The translations under genes were made by a program, and so were the position numbers. 64,000 bases of DNA, taken from NCBI GenBank assembly GCA_963821525.1, contig CAWGED010000004.1, positions 224,001-288,000 on the forward strand. Reading direction: 5' to 3'. The notes beneath the pieces were generated by a model. That model searched no databases. It saw nothing but the letters and a program-made list of their open reading frames with translations, and was not told where the DNA came from. Origin of the DNA: an uncultured Gemmatimonadales bacterium. Lineage in GTDB: Bacteria; Gemmatimonadota; Gemmatimonadetes; Gemmatimonadales; GWC2-71-9. Shown here piece after piece: positions 61,632 through 64,000 of this stretch; position 1 is the first letter of the stretch, and every line of letters starts with the position of its first letter.

Positions 61632-62433
61632 ATGCCCTTCGCCGCCCGTTCCTTTCAGTACCGGCTCGACAGCAAGACCGGCGTGGCCACTGCTCACGCT
61701 GAACCGGCCTGAGCGACTCAATGCCCTCACCTTCGAGGTGTACGCCGAGCTGCGTGACGGGTTCCGGGCGCTCGATACCGAGGCGGGCGTCCGCGCGATC
61801 GTGATCACCGGCAACGGGCGCGCGTTTTGTTCCGGGGGAGACGTCGAAGACATCATCGGGGCGCTGTTCGCCCGGGACCAGGAGGGATTGCTCGAGTTCA
61901 CCCGACTCACCTGCGACCTCATTCTGGCAATCCGCCGATGCCGGCGCCCCGTCGTAGCCGCCTTGAACGGCACCGTGGCCGGCGCGGGCGCCGTGATCGC
62001 CGCGGCGTGTGACGTACGCATCGCGGCCGAGACCGCCAAGATCGCCTTTCTTTTCAGCAAGGTCGGTCTCTCCGGCGCCGACATGGGATCCGCCTGGCTG
62101 CTGCCCCGGATCGTAGGATTGGGCCTCGCGACCGAGCTGCTCATGACGGGAGACTTCATCACCGCGGAGCGCGCCCTCGCTATCGGCCTCTACAACCGGG
62201 TAGTACCGGTCGATCGGGTGCTTGCCGAGGCGACCGAGTTCGCCACCCGTCTCGCCAATGGGCCTTCCTTTGCCCTCGGCATTACCAAGGACGCCCTCGA
62301 TCGAGAGGCGACGATGGATCTGGCCTCAGCACTCGAGGCGGAGGCCCAGGCGCAGGCGGCCTGCATGCTGGATCCGAACTTCAAGGAGGCCTACGAGGCG
62401 TTCCGCGCCAAGCGGGAGCCGAAGTTTCAGTAG
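61632..62433 (+). CDS. Enoyl-CoA hydratase family protein (frameshift near 61690)
   Basis: TLNRPERLNAL, AFCSGGDV, NGTVAGAG, GLSGADMG. Confidence 0.9.
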
Positions 62434-62437
62434 GGCC

Positions 62438-63608
62438 ATGATGCCCGATACCGATGCGGTTCGCGCCTTCCTGAGCCAGGGCCACCTCGACGATGGCGGT
62501 GGAGGCGGCGACCTTCGCCGGGAACGACATCGCCCCCCGGCCGGAGCCGCGCGACGATCGCTCCGCGCGAGTCGAAGCCCGAGAACTGCTCGGCATGCTC
62601 GGCCGCGGCGGGTGGCTCCGCCCGATTCTCGCGCAGGATCTCCGGGGGTGCTGTCTGGTGCGCGAAGCGCTGGCGGCGGCCTCTCCGCTGGCAGACGCTG
62701 TCTTTGCCCTCCAGGCTCTCGGCTCCACCCCTCTCATCATCGCAGGCGGGCCGGCACTTCGAGATCGCTGGGTTCCGGGCGCGGTCGAGGGTCGGTTGAT
62801 GTCCGCCTTCGCGATGACCGAGCCGGAGGCCGGGTCGGACGTGGCCTCGATGGCCACCACGGCGAGGCGGGAGGGCGATCACTACGTACTCAATGGGACC
62901 AAGACATTCATCTCCAACGCTGGCATCGCCGACTGGTACACGGTCTTTGCCGTGACTGACCCGAACCGCGGGCACCGGGGAATCTCCTGCTTCGCGGTGC
63001 CGGCCGAGACCAAGGGCCTCCGCTTCGTTCGCGCGCTCGAACTGAGCGCGCCGCATCCGCTGGGTGAAATTGCCTTCGAAGAGTGCCGGGTTCCCGCGGA
63101 CGCCATGGTCGGCGCCGAGGGAGAGGGCTTCAAGCTCGGTCTCGCCACCCTCGACCGGCTCCGCCCCACTGTGGCAGCGGCGGCCTGCGGGATGGCGGCT
63201 CGCGCGCTCGCGGAGGCGCTGGCCCACGTGCGTCAGCGCCGGCAGTTCGGAAAACCTCTCGCCGAATTTCAGCTGGTTCAGGAGAAACTCGCCACGATGG
63301 CGACCGAACTCACCGCTGCCCGTCTTCTGGTCTATCGGGCGGCTTGGGAAAAAGACGGAGGCCGCGACCGGATCACGGTTGAGGCCGCGATGGCCAAGGC
63401 CTTCGCCACCGAGGCCGCCCAGCGCGTGGTCGATGCGGCCGTTCAGCTACTGGGAGGCCGCGGGGTGCTCGCCGACCATCCGGTCGACCGGCTGTACCGT
63501 TCGGTGAGGGCTCTCCGTATCTATGAAGGGACCACCGAAGTTCAGCAGCTGATCATCGCGGGGGAGCTGCTCAAGGCCGCAGCACCGAAGACCTCTGATG
63601 CCCACTGA
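62438..63608 (+). CDS. Acyl-CoA dehydrogenase (frameshift near 62490)
   Basis: AFAMTEPEAGSD, LNGTKTFISN, RRQFGKPL, QLLGGRG, RIYEGTTEVQ. Confidence 0.93.
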
Positions 63609-63619
63609 TCGGCTCGCGC

Positions 63620-64000
63620 ATGTGGCATCCGGATCCAACTATCAAGCATGATATTCCGGGCGCACGCTGGCCTGGTGAATCCGAGGCGGCGGGCTCCCGC
63701 TGGTTCAGCCCGGTACGCATTGGGGCTCTCACGCTGGAGCAGCGTACCTGGGTGCCCGCCATGGTGCCGTGGCGCGCCACCGAAGAGGGCGACGTCACCC
63801 CGGAGGTGTTGGCCTGGTATGAGCGCTTCGCCCGAGGCCGGCCGGGAGCCATCGTCGTCGAGGCGACCGGAGTCAGGGAAATTCGAAGCGGCCCGCTGCT
63901 CCGGATAGGTCACGACCGATTCATTCCCGGCCTCGCCAAACTGGTCGAGACGGTGCGGCAGGCGAGCGGTGGCCACACCCGATTGTTCATCCAGATCATC
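63620..64000 (+). CDS. NADH:flavin oxidoreductase (Old Yellow Enzyme family), truncated by the window edge
   Basis: Open frame MWHPDP...FSPVRIG..LEQRTWVPAMVPWRA..G.VT..WYERFARG.PGAIVVEATG...LFIQII; start may be 63598 with a frameshift. Confidence 0.85.
   Translation, partial: MWHPDPTIKHDIPGARWPGESEAAGSRWFSPVRIGALTLEQRTWVPAMVPWRATEEGDVTPEVLAWYERFARGRPGAIVVEATGVREIRSGPLLRIGHDRFIPGLAKLVETVRQASGGHTRLFIQII

Overview
GC-rich bacterial chromosome segment containing the replication origin. Gemmatimonadota is inferred from the style of the Ser/Thr kinase-TPR and BTAD-TPR proteins, not from a database search. Core content: rnpB, dnaN-oriC-dnaA / rpmH-rnpA-yidD-yidC-mnmE, ddl, cystathionine beta-synthase, mutS, holA, an ECF sigma/anti-sigma pair, upp, tRNA-Phe, a secreted peptidase cluster and the start of an aryl-CoA (benzoate/anthranilate-type) catabolic cluster. 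Many genes, including essential dnaA, are split by single-base frameshifts, most likely long-read assembly indels. The most unusual signal is a dispersed set of about ten intergenic elements built from 7-9 bp tandem units, usually as two inverted arms and with different unit sequences at different loci. Related to these, a GxxExxY PD-(D/E)xK-type gene sits between perfect 20-bp inverted repeats and reads in frame into ddl. No CRISPR array, rRNA, transposase or integrase was seen.
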